Source of the DNA: Alphaproteobacteria bacterium
Lineage (GTDB): Bacteria > Pseudomonadota > Alphaproteobacteria > UBA828
Assembly (NCBI GenBank): GCA_965237415.1
Contig: CBDEFM010000002.1
Coordinates: 2,560,001-2,624,000, forward strand
Length of the DNA stretch: 64,000 bases
Reading direction: 5' to 3'
In this document: piece after piece, positions 29,145 through 40,884 of the stretch
How the letters are laid out: each line of letters opens with the position of its first letter
How positions within the stretch are numbered: the stretch's first letter is position 1
The notes under the pieces: model-generated
Databases searched by the model: none
Seen by the model: only the letters and a program-made list of their open reading frames with translations
What the model was told of the DNA's origin: nothing
Translations under genes and position numbers: made by a program

Positions 29145-30325
29145 GTGAAGAGAGCCGGGAGGGCCAGGCGAGCGTTGAAGCGCTCGCGCATCCACTGGCG
29201 CTTGCCCGGGCGCTGATCCGCTGCGAGAGCGTGACACCGGCGGACGGCGGCGCCTTGGATGTGCTGCAACGCGCTCTCCAGACGCTAGGCTTCACCTGCC
29301 ACCGCCTGCCGTTCGAGGAGCCGGGAACCGCACCTGTCGACAACCTCTACGCGAGGCGCGGCAAGGGCCGGCCCAACTTCTGCTTCGCCGGCCATACCGA
29401 CGTGGTGCCGACGGGCGACCGTGCGGTCTGGACCCGCGAGCCCTTTGCCGCCGAGGTGGAGGACGGCGTCCTCTACGGGCGCGGTGCCTCAGACATGAAG
29501 GGGGCCATCGCCGCCTTCGTCGCTGCCGCAGCCCGCTTCGGCGCGGCCGGAGCCGGCGGCGGCTCCATCAGCCTGCTGATCACCGGTGACGAGGAAGGGC
29601 CGGCGGTCAACGGCACGCGCAAGGTGCTGGACTGGCTCGCGGAGCGTGGCGAGACGCTCGACGCCTGCCTCGTCGGCGAGCCGACCAACCCCGAAGAGCT
29701 CGGCGAGATGGTGAAGATCGGCCGGCGCGGCAGCCTCAACGGCACGCTCCGGGTCGCGGGCCGGCAGGGGCACGTCGCTTATCCGGCGCTGGCGGACAAC
29801 CCGCTGCCCCGTCTCGTCGCGCTGCTGAATGCGCTGCTCGCCCTCAAGCTGGACGAGGGAACCGACCTTTTTCAGCCGAGCCGGCTGGAGCTCACCTCGA
29901 TCGACGTCGGCAACGAGGCCACGAACGTCATTCCCGGCGCAGCAGCGGCGCGCTTCAATGTCCGCTTCAACGACCGGCACACCGGCGCGAGCCTCGAGCG
30001 CATCATCCGTGCGTGCCTCGATACGACCGGCGAGCCTTACGACCTGGCGATCGAGATCTCTGGCGAGGCCTTCGTCACCCCGCCGGGTCGGCTCAGCACC
30101 ATCATCGCCGAGTCCGTCGCCGCCGTGACGGGCAGGACGCCCACCCTCAGCACCACCGGCGGCACCTCGGACGCGCGCTTCATCAAGGACCACTGCCCCG
30201 TCGCCGAGTTCGGGCTTCTCAGCCGGACCATGCACCGGACCGACGAGTGTGTGCCCGTGGAGGCGCTGGAGCAGCTTACGGATATCTATCTCGGCGTCCT
30301 GCAGCGCTATTTCGCGGATTCTTGA
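29141..30325 (+). CDS. dapE: Succinyl-diaminopimelate desuccinylase
   Basis: [29 protein letters not shown]; TTG start overlapping dapD stop inferred. Confidence 0.95.
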   Translation: MSEESREGQASVEALAHPLALARALIRCESVTPADGGALDVLQRALQTLGFTCHRLPFEEPGTAPVDNLYARRGKGRPNFCFAGHTDVVPTGDRAVWTREPFAAEVEDGVLYGRGASDMKGAIAAFVAAAARFGAAGAGGGSISLLITGDEEGPAVNGTRKVLDWLAERGETLDACLVGEPTNPEELGEMVKIGRRGSLNGTLRVAGRQGHVAYPALADNPLPRLVALLNALLALKLDEGTDLFQPSRLELTSIDVGNEATNVIPGAAAARFNVRFNDRHTGASLERIIRACLDTTGEPYDLAIEISGEAFVTPPGRLSTIIAESVAAVTGRTPTLSTTGGTSDARFIKDHCPVAEFGLLSRTMHRTDECVPVEALEQLTDIYLGVLQRYFADS

Positions 30326-30334
30326 CTCGCTGGC

Positions 30335-30361
30335 TTGACACGACGACAGTATGGCCATACT
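30335..30361 (+). promoter_or_regulatory. TA operon promoter/operator
   Basis: TTGACA at 30335-30340 followed by perfect palindrome AGTATGGCCATACT (30348-30361) just upstream of the antitoxin ATG. Confidence 0.6.
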
Positions 30362-30368
30362 TAGAGAT

Positions 30369-30662
30369 ATGGCCGTAACAACGATCAAATCGACCTATTC
30401 GCTCGATGTGGAGACGGTGCGCACGCTGGAGTCGCTGGCACGCCGCTGGAACGTGTCGAAGTCCGAGGTGCTGCGTCGGGCCATTCGCTCGGCGGCGCGG
30501 GGTGAAAGCCCGCGCGCGCGCGAAAAGCTAGCTGCCCTCGACAAGCTGCAGGCTTCGATGAAGGCGCGAGGTGTCGATTTTGCGGCTTGGGAGCGAGAGG
30601 TTCGGGCCACACGTGACGCATACTCACGCAAGCGGTTAGACGCTCTCGATGATCCATCTTGA
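30369..30662 (+). CDS. CopG/ribbon-helix-helix antitoxin
   Basis: STYSLD...LARRWNVSKSEVLRRAI; overlaps PIN gene. Confidence 0.8.
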   Translation: MAVTTIKSTYSLDVETVRTLESLARRWNVSKSEVLRRAIRSAARGESPRAREKLAALDKLQASMKARGVDFAAWEREVRATRDAYSRKRLDALDDPS

Positions 30663-31026
30663 TACGAGCTTTCTGATACGGGGGTTCGTGTCTGGGACGT
30701 CCGAGAGCCGTGCGCTGCGCAAATGGCTCGGTGCCGACGAAACTCTGGCGGTCAGCTCGGTCGCCTGGATGGAGTTCCTTTGTGGACCCATCGAGCCGCC
30801 GGAAATGGAGTTCGCCACCAGCATCATCGATCGTCATATCGACTTCACATCCGCGCACGCTGAGATTGCTGCGCGCCTGTTCAATTTGTCGGGGCGCAGG
30901 CGCAGGCTGTTCGTGGACTGCACGATTGCGGCGACGGCGATCGCCGAGGATGCACGAATTGCGACCACCAACGAACGTGACTTTCGCCGGTTCGAGAGCG
31001 AGGGCTTGATGCTCGCGCTCGCGTAG
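30649..31026 (+). CDS. vapC: PIN domain (VapC) toxin
   Basis: IHLDTSFLI, E, DCTIAATA, TTNERDF acidic PIN residues. Confidence 0.9.
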   Translation: MIHLDTSFLIRGFVSGTSESRALRKWLGADETLAVSSVAWMEFLCGPIEPPEMEFATSIIDRHIDFTSAHAEIAARLFNLSGRRRRLFVDCTIAATAIAEDARIATTNERDFRRFESEGLMLALA

Positions 31027-31044
31027 GCCGTCGCCATCGCCTGC

Positions 31045-32667
<1,623 letters not shown>

Positions 32668-32677
32668 GCTCTTGCCA

Positions 32678-33706
32678 TCACCGGCCGACCAGCTTGCGCG
32701 GGTCGAAGGCATCGCGCACGGCTTCCCCGATGAAGATGAGCAGACTCAGCATGAGGGCGAGCACCATGAAGCTCACGATGCCGAGCCACGGCGCCTGCAG
32801 GTTGGCCTTGCCCTGGCGCAGGAGCTCGCCCAGCGAGGGCTCGCCCGGCGGCAGGCCGAAGCCCAGAAAATCGAGAGAGGTGAGCGACGTGATCGAGCCC
32901 ACCAGGATGAAGGGCAGGAAGGTGACTGCGCTGACCATCGCATTGGGCAGCCCGTGGCGAAAGATAATCGCGAGGTTGCCGACGCCGAGCGCCCGCGCCG
33001 CGCGGATATAGTCGAAGTTGCGGACCCGCAGGAACTCGGCGCGCACCACGCCGACCAGCGCCATCCAGCTGAACAGCAGCAGGATCACCAGCAGGATCCA
33101 GAAGTTGGGCTCGATGATGCTCGACAGGATGATCAGGACGAAGAGCTGCGGCAGCCCCGACCAGACCTCGATGAAGCGTTGAAAGACGAGATCGATCCAG
33201 CCGCCGAAGAAGCCCTGCACCGCGGCGGCGGCGATGCCGATGACCGAGGCGAACACGGTGAGAATCAGGCCGAACAGGACGGAAAGGCGGAAGCCGTAGA
33301 TCACGCGGGCGAGGACGTCGCGTCCTTGGTCGTCGGAGCCGAGCCAGTTGTCGGCAGAGGGCGGCGCCGGCGCCGGCACCGGCAGGTCGTAGTTGATCGT
33401 GCGGTAGCTGTAGGGGATGAGCGGCCAGACCATCCATCCCTTCTCGTCGATCAACTCGGCGACGAAGGGGTCGCGATAGTCCGCCTCGGTCTCGAAATCG
33501 CCGCCGAACTCGGTCTCCGCATACGCGAAGAAGACGGGGAAGTAGAGCGCGCCGTCGTAGCGCATGACGAGGGGCTTGTCGTTGGCGATGAACTCCGCGA
33601 ACAGCGTGACGAGAAGCAGCGCCAGGAAAATCCAGAACGAGATGTAGCCCCGCCGGTTGGCGCGGAAATTGTAGAACCTGCGCCGGGTGATGGGGGAGAG
33701 CGCCAC
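32678..33706 (-). CDS. yejE: Peptide ABC transporter permease
   Basis: FAEFIANDKPL, ETEFGGDFETEADYRDP. Confidence 0.92.
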   Translation of the reverse strand: MALSPITRRRFYNFRANRRGYISFWIFLALLLVTLFAEFIANDKPLVMRYDGALYFPVFFAYAETEFGGDFETEADYRDPFVAELIDEKGWMVWPLIPYSYRTINYDLPVPAPAPPSADNWLGSDDQGRDVLARVIYGFRLSVLFGLILTVFASVIGIAAAAVQGFFGGWIDLVFQRFIEVWSGLPQLFVLIILSSIIEPNFWILLVILLLFSWMALVGVVRAEFLRVRNFDYIRAARALGVGNLAIIFRHGLPNAMVSAVTFLPFILVGSITSLTSLDFLGFGLPPGEPSLGELLRQGKANLQAPWLGIVSFMVLALMLSLLIFIGEAVRDAFDPRKLVGR

Positions 33707-33709
33707 CGC

Positions 33710-34819
33710 TCACACCTCGCGCGTCTCGAAGTCGATGCGGGGGTCGATGATGACGTACATGAGATCGCCGATCAGATTCACGACGAGGCCGAGCAGCGTG
33801 AAGAAGAAGAGCGTGCCGAAGATGATCGGATAGTCCCGCTTGAGCAGCGATTCGAATCCGAGCAGGCCGAGCCCGTCGAGCGAGAAGATGACCTCGATCA
33901 AAAGCACGCCGGTGAACAGGATGCCGATGAAGGCGCCGGGCAAACCGGCGATGATAATCAGCATCGCGTTCCGGAAGACGTGGCCATAGAGCACGCGGCG
34001 CTCGCTCAAGCCCTTGGCGCGCGCGGTGATGACGTAGTGCTGGCTGATCTGATCCAGGAAGGAGTTCTTGGTCAGCATCGTGGTGGTGGCGAAGCCGCTC
34101 ACCGCCATCGCCAGGATCGGCAGCGCAAGGTGCCAGAAATAGTCCTCGATTTGGCCGAGCAGAGAGAGCTCGGAGAAGTCGTTCGAGACCAGCCCACGTA
34201 GCGGGAACCAGTCGATATAGCTGCCGCCGGCGAAGAGCACGATCAAGAGGATTGCGAAGATGAAATTAGGGATCGCGTAGCCGACGATGATGACGCCGCT
34301 GGTCCAGACGTCGAAGCGCTGGCCATCGCGCACCGCCTTGGCGATGCCGAGCGGGATCGAGATCAGATAGGCGAGCAGCGTCGTCCAGAGCCCGAGCGAG
34401 ATCGAGACCGGCAGCTTGTCGAGGACCAGATCGACGACGCGATCGTCGCGGAAGAAGCTCAACCCGAAATCGAAGCGCACATACTGGCCCATCATGTGGA
34501 GGAAGCGCTCCAACGGCGGCTTGTCGAAGCCGTATTCCTTCTCCAGCCTCTCGATCAGTTCGGGGTCGAGGCCGCGGGCGCCGCGGTACTTGCTCGTGCC
34601 GGCCTGCTGGGAAACATCGAACTGACCCTCGGTGCCCACCTCGCCGGCGCCGGCGCCGGAAATGCGCGCCGTAGCGCCCACGGCGCTGCCGGTGAGCTCC
34701 GCGATCGCCTGCTCGACCGGCCCGCCGGGCGCGATCTGGATGATCGCGAAATTGATCACCATGATCGCGAAAAGCGTCGGGATGATCAGCAGCAGGCGGC
34801 GGACGATATAGGCGAACAT
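33710..34819 (-). CDS. yejB: Peptide ABC transporter permease
   Basis: [36 protein letters not shown]. Confidence 0.92.
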   Translation of the reverse strand: MFAYIVRRLLLIIPTLFAIMVINFAIIQIAPGGPVEQAIAELTGSAVGATARISGAGAGEVGTEGQFDVSQQAGTSKYRGARGLDPELIERLEKEYGFDKPPLERFLHMMGQYVRFDFGLSFFRDDRVVDLVLDKLPVSISLGLWTTLLAYLISIPLGIAKAVRDGQRFDVWTSGVIIVGYAIPNFIFAILLIVLFAGGSYIDWFPLRGLVSNDFSELSLLGQIEDYFWHLALPILAMAVSGFATTTMLTKNSFLDQISQHYVITARAKGLSERRVLYGHVFRNAMLIIIAGLPGAFIGILFTGVLLIEVIFSLDGLGLLGFESLLKRDYPIIFGTLFFFTLLGLVVNLIGDLMYVIIDPRIDFETREV

Positions 34820-34924
34820 GGCTGTCGCGTCGCGTGCGGTGCTAGCTGGAGCCCTGACGCTCCATCAGCACTCCCTCTCCAACGGGATCGGCCCGGCATC
34901 GCAGCCGGAGGGCGCCCCCGCCCC

Positions 34925-36784
34925 TCACGACGCGCCTTCGCGGTAGGCCCTCAAGGCGTCGTCCTTCTCCCGATCGACCCACCAGGTATCGATGACCCCC
35001 CGGGCGTAGCGGGGCTTGAGAGCGGGCCGGCCGAACTTGTCCCAATAGACGAGGTGGTGCGCGCCCTTGTACCACTGGGGGATCATGTAGTGGCCCCAGA
35101 GCAGCACCCGGTCGAGCGCACGGGCGGCGGCCACGAGAGTGGCCCGGTCGGTGGCGCCGACAACCTCGGCAATCAACGCATCGACGACCGGATCCTTGAT
35201 CCCGGCGGCGTTGGACGAGCCCACCTGATCGGCGGTAGCGGTCGCGAAATTGGCGTTGAGTTCGGCGCCCGGCGAGAGGTTGAACACGAAGCGGAGCGTC
35301 GTGATCTCGAAGTCGTGCGACTTCATGCGCTCTTCGTAGCTCGCGGAATCGACGAGCCTGAGCGTGACGCCCACGCCGAGCCGCTCCAGGCTGCGGGCGA
35401 AGACCGCATAGATCCGCTCGAAGGTGGGCTCGAAATAGAGGAACTCGATCGTCATCGGTTCGCCGGTCGCCTCGTTGACGAGCGCGCCGTCTCGCGTGAT
35501 CCAGCCAGCTTCCCTGAGAAGCGCCTGCGCGGTCCGCAGGTTTTGCCGGTTGTTGCCCGAGCCATCGGTGCTCGGCGGCGCGAATTCGGTGGTAAAGACC
35601 TCCTCGGGCACGGCGCCGCGATAGGGCTCGAGGATGGCGAGCTCGGCTTCTGACGGCAGGCCGCGCGCAGCCAGGTCGGAGTTCTCGAAGTAGCTCGCCA
35701 TGCGATCGTAGATCCCGAAGAACTGGTTCTTGTTGAGCCACCCGAAGTCGAAGACGTAGGAGAGCGCCTCGCGTACGCGGCGGTACTGGAACTTGGGCAG
35801 TCGCGTGTTGATGAAGAAGGCCTGCACGCCCGAGGGCGTGTTGTCGGGCAGCACGTCCTTGACGAGCCATCCTTCCTCGACCGCCGGGATGTCGTATTGC
35901 GTCGCCCAGACCTTCGAGGTGAACTCCTCGTGAAAGTCGTACTCACCGGCCTTCAGCGCTTCCACCAACACCGTGCGGTCGCGGTAATAGTCGATGGCAA
36001 TCGTTTCGAAATTGTAGCGGCCGGTCATGACCGGCAGCGCGGTCCCCCAATAGTCCGCGACGCGCTCGAAGGAGATGGAGCGGCCTGCATCGACTTTCCC
36101 CACCCGGTAAGGCCCGCTGCCGAGCGGCGGTTCCAACGTCGTCTTGCCGAAGGACCGGCCCCGGAAATACGCCTCGGAGACGATCGGCATGCCCCCTACG
36201 ATGAGCGGCAGCTTGCGATTGTCGGGATCGACGAGGTGGAAGGCCACCTCACGATCCCCGACGGTCTCGACCCGGTCGACGCCGGCGAGCTGGGTGGCGA
36301 AGCTTGGCGCGCCCTCGGTCGTCAGAATCTCAAACGAGAACGCCACATCGGCGGCCGTGACCGGCGTGCCATCGTGCCAGCGCGCCTCCGGCCGCAGGAG
36401 GAAGCGCACAGACCGCCGGTCGGGGGCGAGCGCGACCTCGGCGGCGACCAGCCCGTATGCCGCGTCCGGCTCATCCGCCGCGCCTTCGAGCAGGCTCTCG
36501 AAGGGGAAGCCCGCGCCCGCCGCGCTCACACCCTTCAACGTGAAAGGATTGAGCGTGCTGAAGGTGCCGACCGTGGCCAAGTACAGCATACCGCCCTTCG
36601 GCGCATTCGGCTCGACATAGTCGAAGTGTGCAAAATCGGGGCCGTACTTCAGGTCTCCGAAGAGCGAGAGCCCATGGACCGTCTCTTGCGCCGCCGCGGG
36701 CCCGATCACGGGCGAGAATGATGCCATCGACGACGCGGCGGCGATGGCAGAGGCCTGAACGAAGCGTCTTCTACTGAGTCTCAC
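34925..36784 (-). CDS. yejA: Peptide ABC transporter solute-binding protein with Tat signal
   Basis: SRRRFV twin-arginine signal; HGLSLFGDLKY...FDYVEPNAPKGG. Confidence 0.9.
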   Translation of the reverse strand: MRLSRRRFVQASAIAAASSMASFSPVIGPAAAQETVHGLSLFGDLKYGPDFAHFDYVEPNAPKGGMLYLATVGTFSTLNPFTLKGVSAAGAGFPFESLLEGAADEPDAAYGLVAAEVALAPDRRSVRFLLRPEARWHDGTPVTAADVAFSFEILTTEGAPSFATQLAGVDRVETVGDREVAFHLVDPDNRKLPLIVGGMPIVSEAYFRGRSFGKTTLEPPLGSGPYRVGKVDAGRSISFERVADYWGTALPVMTGRYNFETIAIDYYRDRTVLVEALKAGEYDFHEEFTSKVWATQYDIPAVEEGWLVKDVLPDNTPSGVQAFFINTRLPKFQYRRVREALSYVFDFGWLNKNQFFGIYDRMASYFENSDLAARGLPSEAELAILEPYRGAVPEEVFTTEFAPPSTDGSGNNRQNLRTAQALLREAGWITRDGALVNEATGEPMTIEFLYFEPTFERIYAVFARSLERLGVGVTLRLVDSASYEERMKSHDFEITTLRFVFNLSPGAELNANFATATADQVGSSNAAGIKDPVVDALIAEVVGATDRATLVAAARALDRVLLWGHYMIPQWYKGAHHLVYWDKFGRPALKPRYARGVIDTWWVDREKDDALRAYREGAS

Positions 36785-37009
36785 CGGTCCATCTCCTCCT
36801 GACGTCGGCGGCGGGTCCCTGTGCCTTGCGCGCACTACCGGCGGGCATCGTCATGCCAGGCAAACAGGGCATAGCATGAGTCGCGGCTTCCGGTATCGGC
36901 CGATCACAACATCGTGTCGTTTGGTTGTCGGGCGGACGCGAGCCCTCGATTCCCCGGCCGGCTGCCGGACGGCTGGACTCGCGGCGAGCGCGCGCTTCAT
37001 ACTCGCGGC

Positions 37010-37576
37010 ATGGGGCGCTATCCGACCAGCGGCGGCCCGATCGCGCGCAGGGTGCCCGAGGGCGACGACAGGCCGCGCTTGGTCTGCGACGCGTGCGGCT
37101 TCATCTGTTACGAAAACCCGAAGATTGTCGTGGGCTCGGTCACGACGTGGGAGGGGCGCATCCTCCTCTGCCGCCGGGCAATCGAGCCGCAGGCAGGCTT
37201 TTGGACCCTGCCCGCGGGCTTCCTGGAGCTGCACGAAGATCCCGCGCACGGCGCCCGCCGGGAGGCGGAGGAGGAAGCCGGCGCCGAGATCGTGATCGAC
37301 GCGTTGCTCGCGGTCTACACGATTCCCCGAATCAGCCTGGTGCAGCTCTTCTACCGGGCGCACCTCGCGCAGCCCGAGATTGCACCGGGGGTCGAGAGCC
37401 TGGAGGTCGGGCTCTTCCGGCCGGATGAGATTCCTTGGGACTCGCTCGCGTTCCCGTCGGTGACATGGGCGCTTCGCCACAATGCCGAAGCGCCGGACGG
37501 CGGCGACTTCGCGCCCTTCACCAATCCCGTCGGCGACGTCGGCGACTATCGGCCGGGCATCCCCGCACGCCGCTGA
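37010..37576 (+). CDS. NUDIX hydrolase with N-terminal zinc-ribbon-like segment
   Basis: RLVCDACGFICYENPK, WTLPAGFLE...GARREAEEE. Confidence 0.9.
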   Translation: MGRYPTSGGPIARRVPEGDDRPRLVCDACGFICYENPKIVVGSVTTWEGRILLCRRAIEPQAGFWTLPAGFLELHEDPAHGARREAEEEAGAEIVIDALLAVYTIPRISLVQLFYRAHLAQPEIAPGVESLEVGLFRPDEIPWDSLAFPSVTWALRHNAEAPDGGDFAPFTNPVGDVGDYRPGIPARR

Positions 37577-37583
37577 ATTCAGC

Positions 37584-37700
37584 TTGAGCGAGACCGTCCT
37601 CGGCGGGCTCGCGACAGGCCGCGACCGCGGCCCGCCGCCCCTGCGGCGCCCTCGCGGAGGCGCCGGCTCCAGGCCGGACGCCGTAAGCGACAAATTTCTA
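37584..37700 (-). repeat. Second (inverted, partial) copy of the 8642-8757 repeat body
   Basis: Reverse complement of 37610-37700 aligns to 8642-8732 with about 10 mismatches in about 90 nt (manual). Confidence 0.85.
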
Positions 37701-38639
37701 TTCGTCGAGCCCCATCAGGGCGGTGGCGAAGGCGCGGGCCTCGAAGGGGCGCAGGTCGTCGATCCCTTCGCCGATGCCGAGTGCGATGACCGGCAGGCCG
37801 AAACGCTGTGCCAGCGCCACCAGAATGCCACCCTTCGCCGTGCCGTCGAGCTTCGTCATCACCAGGCCGTCGACGGCGATGGCCTCGCGAAAGACATCGA
37901 CCTGGTTGAGCGCGTTCTGGCCCGTGGTCGCGTCGAGCACGAGGAGCCGGCTGTGCGGCGCGCGCGGGTCGAGCTTCTTGAGCACGCGGTCGATCTTCTG
38001 CAGCTCGGCCATGAGGTGCGCCTTGTTCTGCAGCCGGCCGGCGGTGTCGATGAGGAGCACGTCGATCCCCTCTGCCCTGGCGCGTTCCAGCGCATCGAAG
38101 GCGAGACCGGCGGGGTCGCCGCCGTCCGGGCGCGCGACCACCGGCGCTCCGGCACGCTCGCCCCAGATCGTGAGCTGCTCCACGGCGGCTGCGCGGAAGG
38201 TATCGCCCGCGACCAGCATGACGCGCTTGCCTTCAGCGTTGAAGCGTTGGGCGAGCTTGCCGATGGTGGTGGTCTTGCCCGTGCCGTTGACGCCAGCCAC
38301 CAGGATCACGTGGGGCTTCGCGTCGTCGTCGATCGCGAGCGCGCCCTCGACCGGTGCGAGAAGATCGGCGATCTGATCGGCGAGTGCGCGCCGCACCTCG
38401 ATGGCGGTCACTTCCGCGCCGAAGCGCTGCTGAGCGAGTGCTGCCGTAAGCTCGGCTGCGGTCGCCGCGCCGAGATCGCCGGCGATAAGAAGCTCTTCCA
38501 GTTCCTCGAGCGCCGCTTCGTCCAGACGGCGGCCGGTGAAGATGGCCCCGATGCCGCTGGTGAGGCTGTTCGAGGTCCGCCGAAGCCCTGCCTTGAGACG
38601 CGCCAGCAGGCCACGCCCGCCGCCGCCTTCGCGTGCCAT
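37698..38639 (-). CDS. ftsY: SRP receptor FtsY
   Basis: GVNGTGKTTT, DTFRAAA, DTAGR, TKLDGTAKGG. Confidence 0.97.
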   Translation of the reverse strand: MAREGGGGRGLLARLKAGLRRTSNSLTSGIGAIFTGRRLDEAALEELEELLIAGDLGAATAAELTAALAQQRFGAEVTAIEVRRALADQIADLLAPVEGALAIDDDAKPHVILVAGVNGTGKTTTIGKLAQRFNAEGKRVMLVAGDTFRAAAVEQLTIWGERAGAPVVARPDGGDPAGLAFDALERARAEGIDVLLIDTAGRLQNKAHLMAELQKIDRVLKKLDPRAPHSRLLVLDATTGQNALNQVDVFREAIAVDGLVMTKLDGTAKGGILVALAQRFGLPVIALGIGEGIDDLRPFEARAFATALMGLDE

Positions 38640-39886
38640 CAGGCGACAGTCCCGATCAGGCGGTCGCCTGTCGCTCCGGTAATCCGCGCGCGCACCAGTT
38701 CGCCCGGCGATCCCGCCGGACGGTCGAATGCGACTTCGGCAAAGCACTCGTCGCGCCCGCTCTCGGCCTTCTCCAGCAGCACCTGGCTCTCCCGGCCGAC
38801 GCGCCCTTCCAGGAAACGCCGGCGCGGGCCTTCCACGGCAGCGCGCAAGGCCGCCGCGCGGGTGCGGCGCTCAGCAACGGGTACCTGAGGCATGCGCGCC
38901 GCCGGCGTGCCCGGGCGGGGCGAATAGGGGAAGACGTGGAGCCAGATCAGCCCGGCCTCTTCGATCAGGCGGCGCGTGTTCTCGAACATCTCCTGGGTCT
39001 CGGTCGGAAAGCCCGCGATCAGGTCGGCGCCGAAGGCGATGCCCGGCCTGAGCGCGCGCAGCCGGTCACAGAGCGCCAGCACGTCGGCGCGGCTGTGGCG
39101 GCGCTTCATCCGCTTGAGCACCAGATCGTCGCCGGCCTGCACGCTCAGGTGCAGGTGCGGCATCAGCCGCGGCTCCTCGGCGAAGAGCTTCTCCAGTGCG
39201 GGGTCGATCTCCACCGGGTCGATGGAGGAGAGCCTGAGCCGCGGCAGCTCCGGCACCGCCTGGAGCAGGCGGCGCACCGCCTCGCCCAGCCGCGGCCGGC
39301 CCGGCAGGTCGGCGCCGTAATGGCCGAGATCCACACCGCTCAGCACCACCTCGCGGTGGCCGTTGGCAACCAAGGCCCGCACCTCGGCCGCGATGGCGCC
39401 GAGCGGTACGCTCCGGCTCGGACCCCGGGCGAAGGGAATGATGCAGAAGGTGCAGCGGTGATCGCAGCCGTTTTGGACCTGAACGAAGGCCCGCGCGCGG
39501 GCTTCGTAGCCTGCGATCAGATGGCCCGCGGTCTCACGCACCGCCATGATGTCGCCGACCGCGATGCGTTCGTCTGTGTCCGGCGCCAAACCCTCGAGGG
39601 TGAGCTTTTCGCGGTTGCCGATGACCCGGTCGACCTCCGGCATCGCGGCATAGCCCGCCGGGTCGAGCTGGGCGGCGCAACCGGTGGCGACGATTGTCGC
39701 ATTGGGGTTCCGCCGTCGTGCCCGCCGGATCGCCTGGCGCGCCTGGCGCTCGGCCTCGCCCGTGACCGCACAGGTGTTGACGATGACGCCCTCGGTGAGA
39801 CCCGCGGCGCGGGCGCGGGCGCGAATGACCTCCGACTCATAGGCGTTGAGCCGGCAGCCGAAGGTGATGACTTCGAGCCCGCTCAT
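38639..39886 (-). CDS. mtaB: tRNA methylthiotransferase MtaB
   Basis: TFGCRLNAYES, CDHRCTFC radical SAM motif, FPYSPRPGT; dapF-mtaB-ftsY synteny. Confidence 0.93.
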   Translation of the reverse strand: MSGLEVITFGCRLNAYESEVIRARARAAGLTEGVIVNTCAVTGEAERQARQAIRRARRRNPNATIVATGCAAQLDPAGYAAMPEVDRVIGNREKLTLEGLAPDTDERIAVGDIMAVRETAGHLIAGYEARARAFVQVQNGCDHRCTFCIIPFARGPSRSVPLGAIAAEVRALVANGHREVVLSGVDLGHYGADLPGRPRLGEAVRRLLQAVPELPRLRLSSIDPVEIDPALEKLFAEEPRLMPHLHLSVQAGDDLVLKRMKRRHSRADVLALCDRLRALRPGIAFGADLIAGFPTETQEMFENTRRLIEEAGLIWLHVFPYSPRPGTPAARMPQVPVAERRTRAAALRAAVEGPRRRFLEGRVGRESQVLLEKAESGRDECFAEVAFDRPAGSPGELVRARITGATGDRLIGTVA

Positions 39887-40704
39887 CCCGGCAGCACGCC
39901 CGTGAAGCTTGCAGCGGTGGGGCCGGTCATCTCGACATGGCCGTCCTCGCGCCAAAGGATCCCCAACTCGCCGCCGTCGAGGACGACCGTGACACTGCGT
40001 CCGGTGAGCCCTCGCCGCGCGCCGGCGACCGCCGCGGCGCAGGCGCCCGTGCCGCACGCTTGGGTGAGGCCCGCGCCGCGCTCCCACACCCGGAGACGCA
40101 GGCAGTCATCGGCGAGCCGCTGGGCAACGCCAATATTCGCGTGCTCGGGGAAGAGCGGATCGGTCTCGAGGCCGGGTCCGAGCGCCTCCAGGGGCACGGC
40201 GTCAACGTCGTCCACGAAGAACACCGCGTGCGGGTTGCCCATGTTGACCGCCACGGCGTCGCCGAGTGGCCCGGCGCCCACGGCGACATGGAGCGTGTCG
40301 GCTGCGCGGGCCAGGGGAATATCGCGCCAATCGAGCCGCGCCGGCCCCATATCGACGCGCACCTGCCCCCCGCCCGCCTCTTGGGCGGTGAGCCGGCCGG
40401 CGTCGGTCTCCAGAATCATGCTGGTCTGCTCGGTCTCGTCCAGCAGCAACCGGGCCGCGCAGCGGGTGCCGTTGCCGCAGGCTGCGACCTCGCCGCCGTC
40501 CTGGTTCCAGAATCTGAGATAGGCGTCCGTCCCGCCGTTGCGCGGCGGCTCCACGACGATCACCTGATCGCAGCCGACGCCGGTTCGCCTGTCGGCAATG
40601 GCGCGCACGCGCGCGCCATCAAGCGCGAGCGGCGCGCCGCGCGCATCGAACACGACGAAGTCGTTGCCGAGCCCATGCATCTTGGCGAAGGGAAGTCCCG
40701 TCAT
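39883..40704 (-). CDS. dapF: Diaminopimelate epimerase
   Basis: KMHGLGNDF, CGNGTRC, GNPH, ERGAGLTQACGTG. Confidence 0.97.
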   Translation of the reverse strand: MTGLPFAKMHGLGNDFVVFDARGAPLALDGARVRAIADRRTGVGCDQVIVVEPPRNGGTDAYLRFWNQDGGEVAACGNGTRCAARLLLDETEQTSMILETDAGRLTAQEAGGGQVRVDMGPARLDWRDIPLARAADTLHVAVGAGPLGDAVAVNMGNPHAVFFVDDVDAVPLEALGPGLETDPLFPEHANIGVAQRLADDCLRLRVWERGAGLTQACGTGACAAAVAGARRGLTGRSVTVVLDGGELGILWREDGHVEMTGPTAASFTGVLPG

Positions 40705-40715
40705 GGGCGGGGTTA

Positions 40716-40760
40716 TAGCCCGGAATTCTCACCCGGGTCATGGTCTGCGCGGCGCTTTCC
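40716..40760 (+). repeat. Solo TIR-family end
   Basis: TAGCCCGGAATTCTCACCCGGGTCATGGTCTGCGCGGCGCTTTCC; 40726-40760 matches 1600-1634 at 31/35. Confidence 0.75.
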
Positions 40761-40884
40761 AATCGATTGGGCAAGAAAGCCATGCGGGCTCGCGGCCCTA
40801 GTCCCGATCAAACGTTTGTTTACTTTTCGGCGTCCGGTTAGGATCGCCGGCATCGGTAGGGGCTGTCGGCGAGGACGAGGAGCC

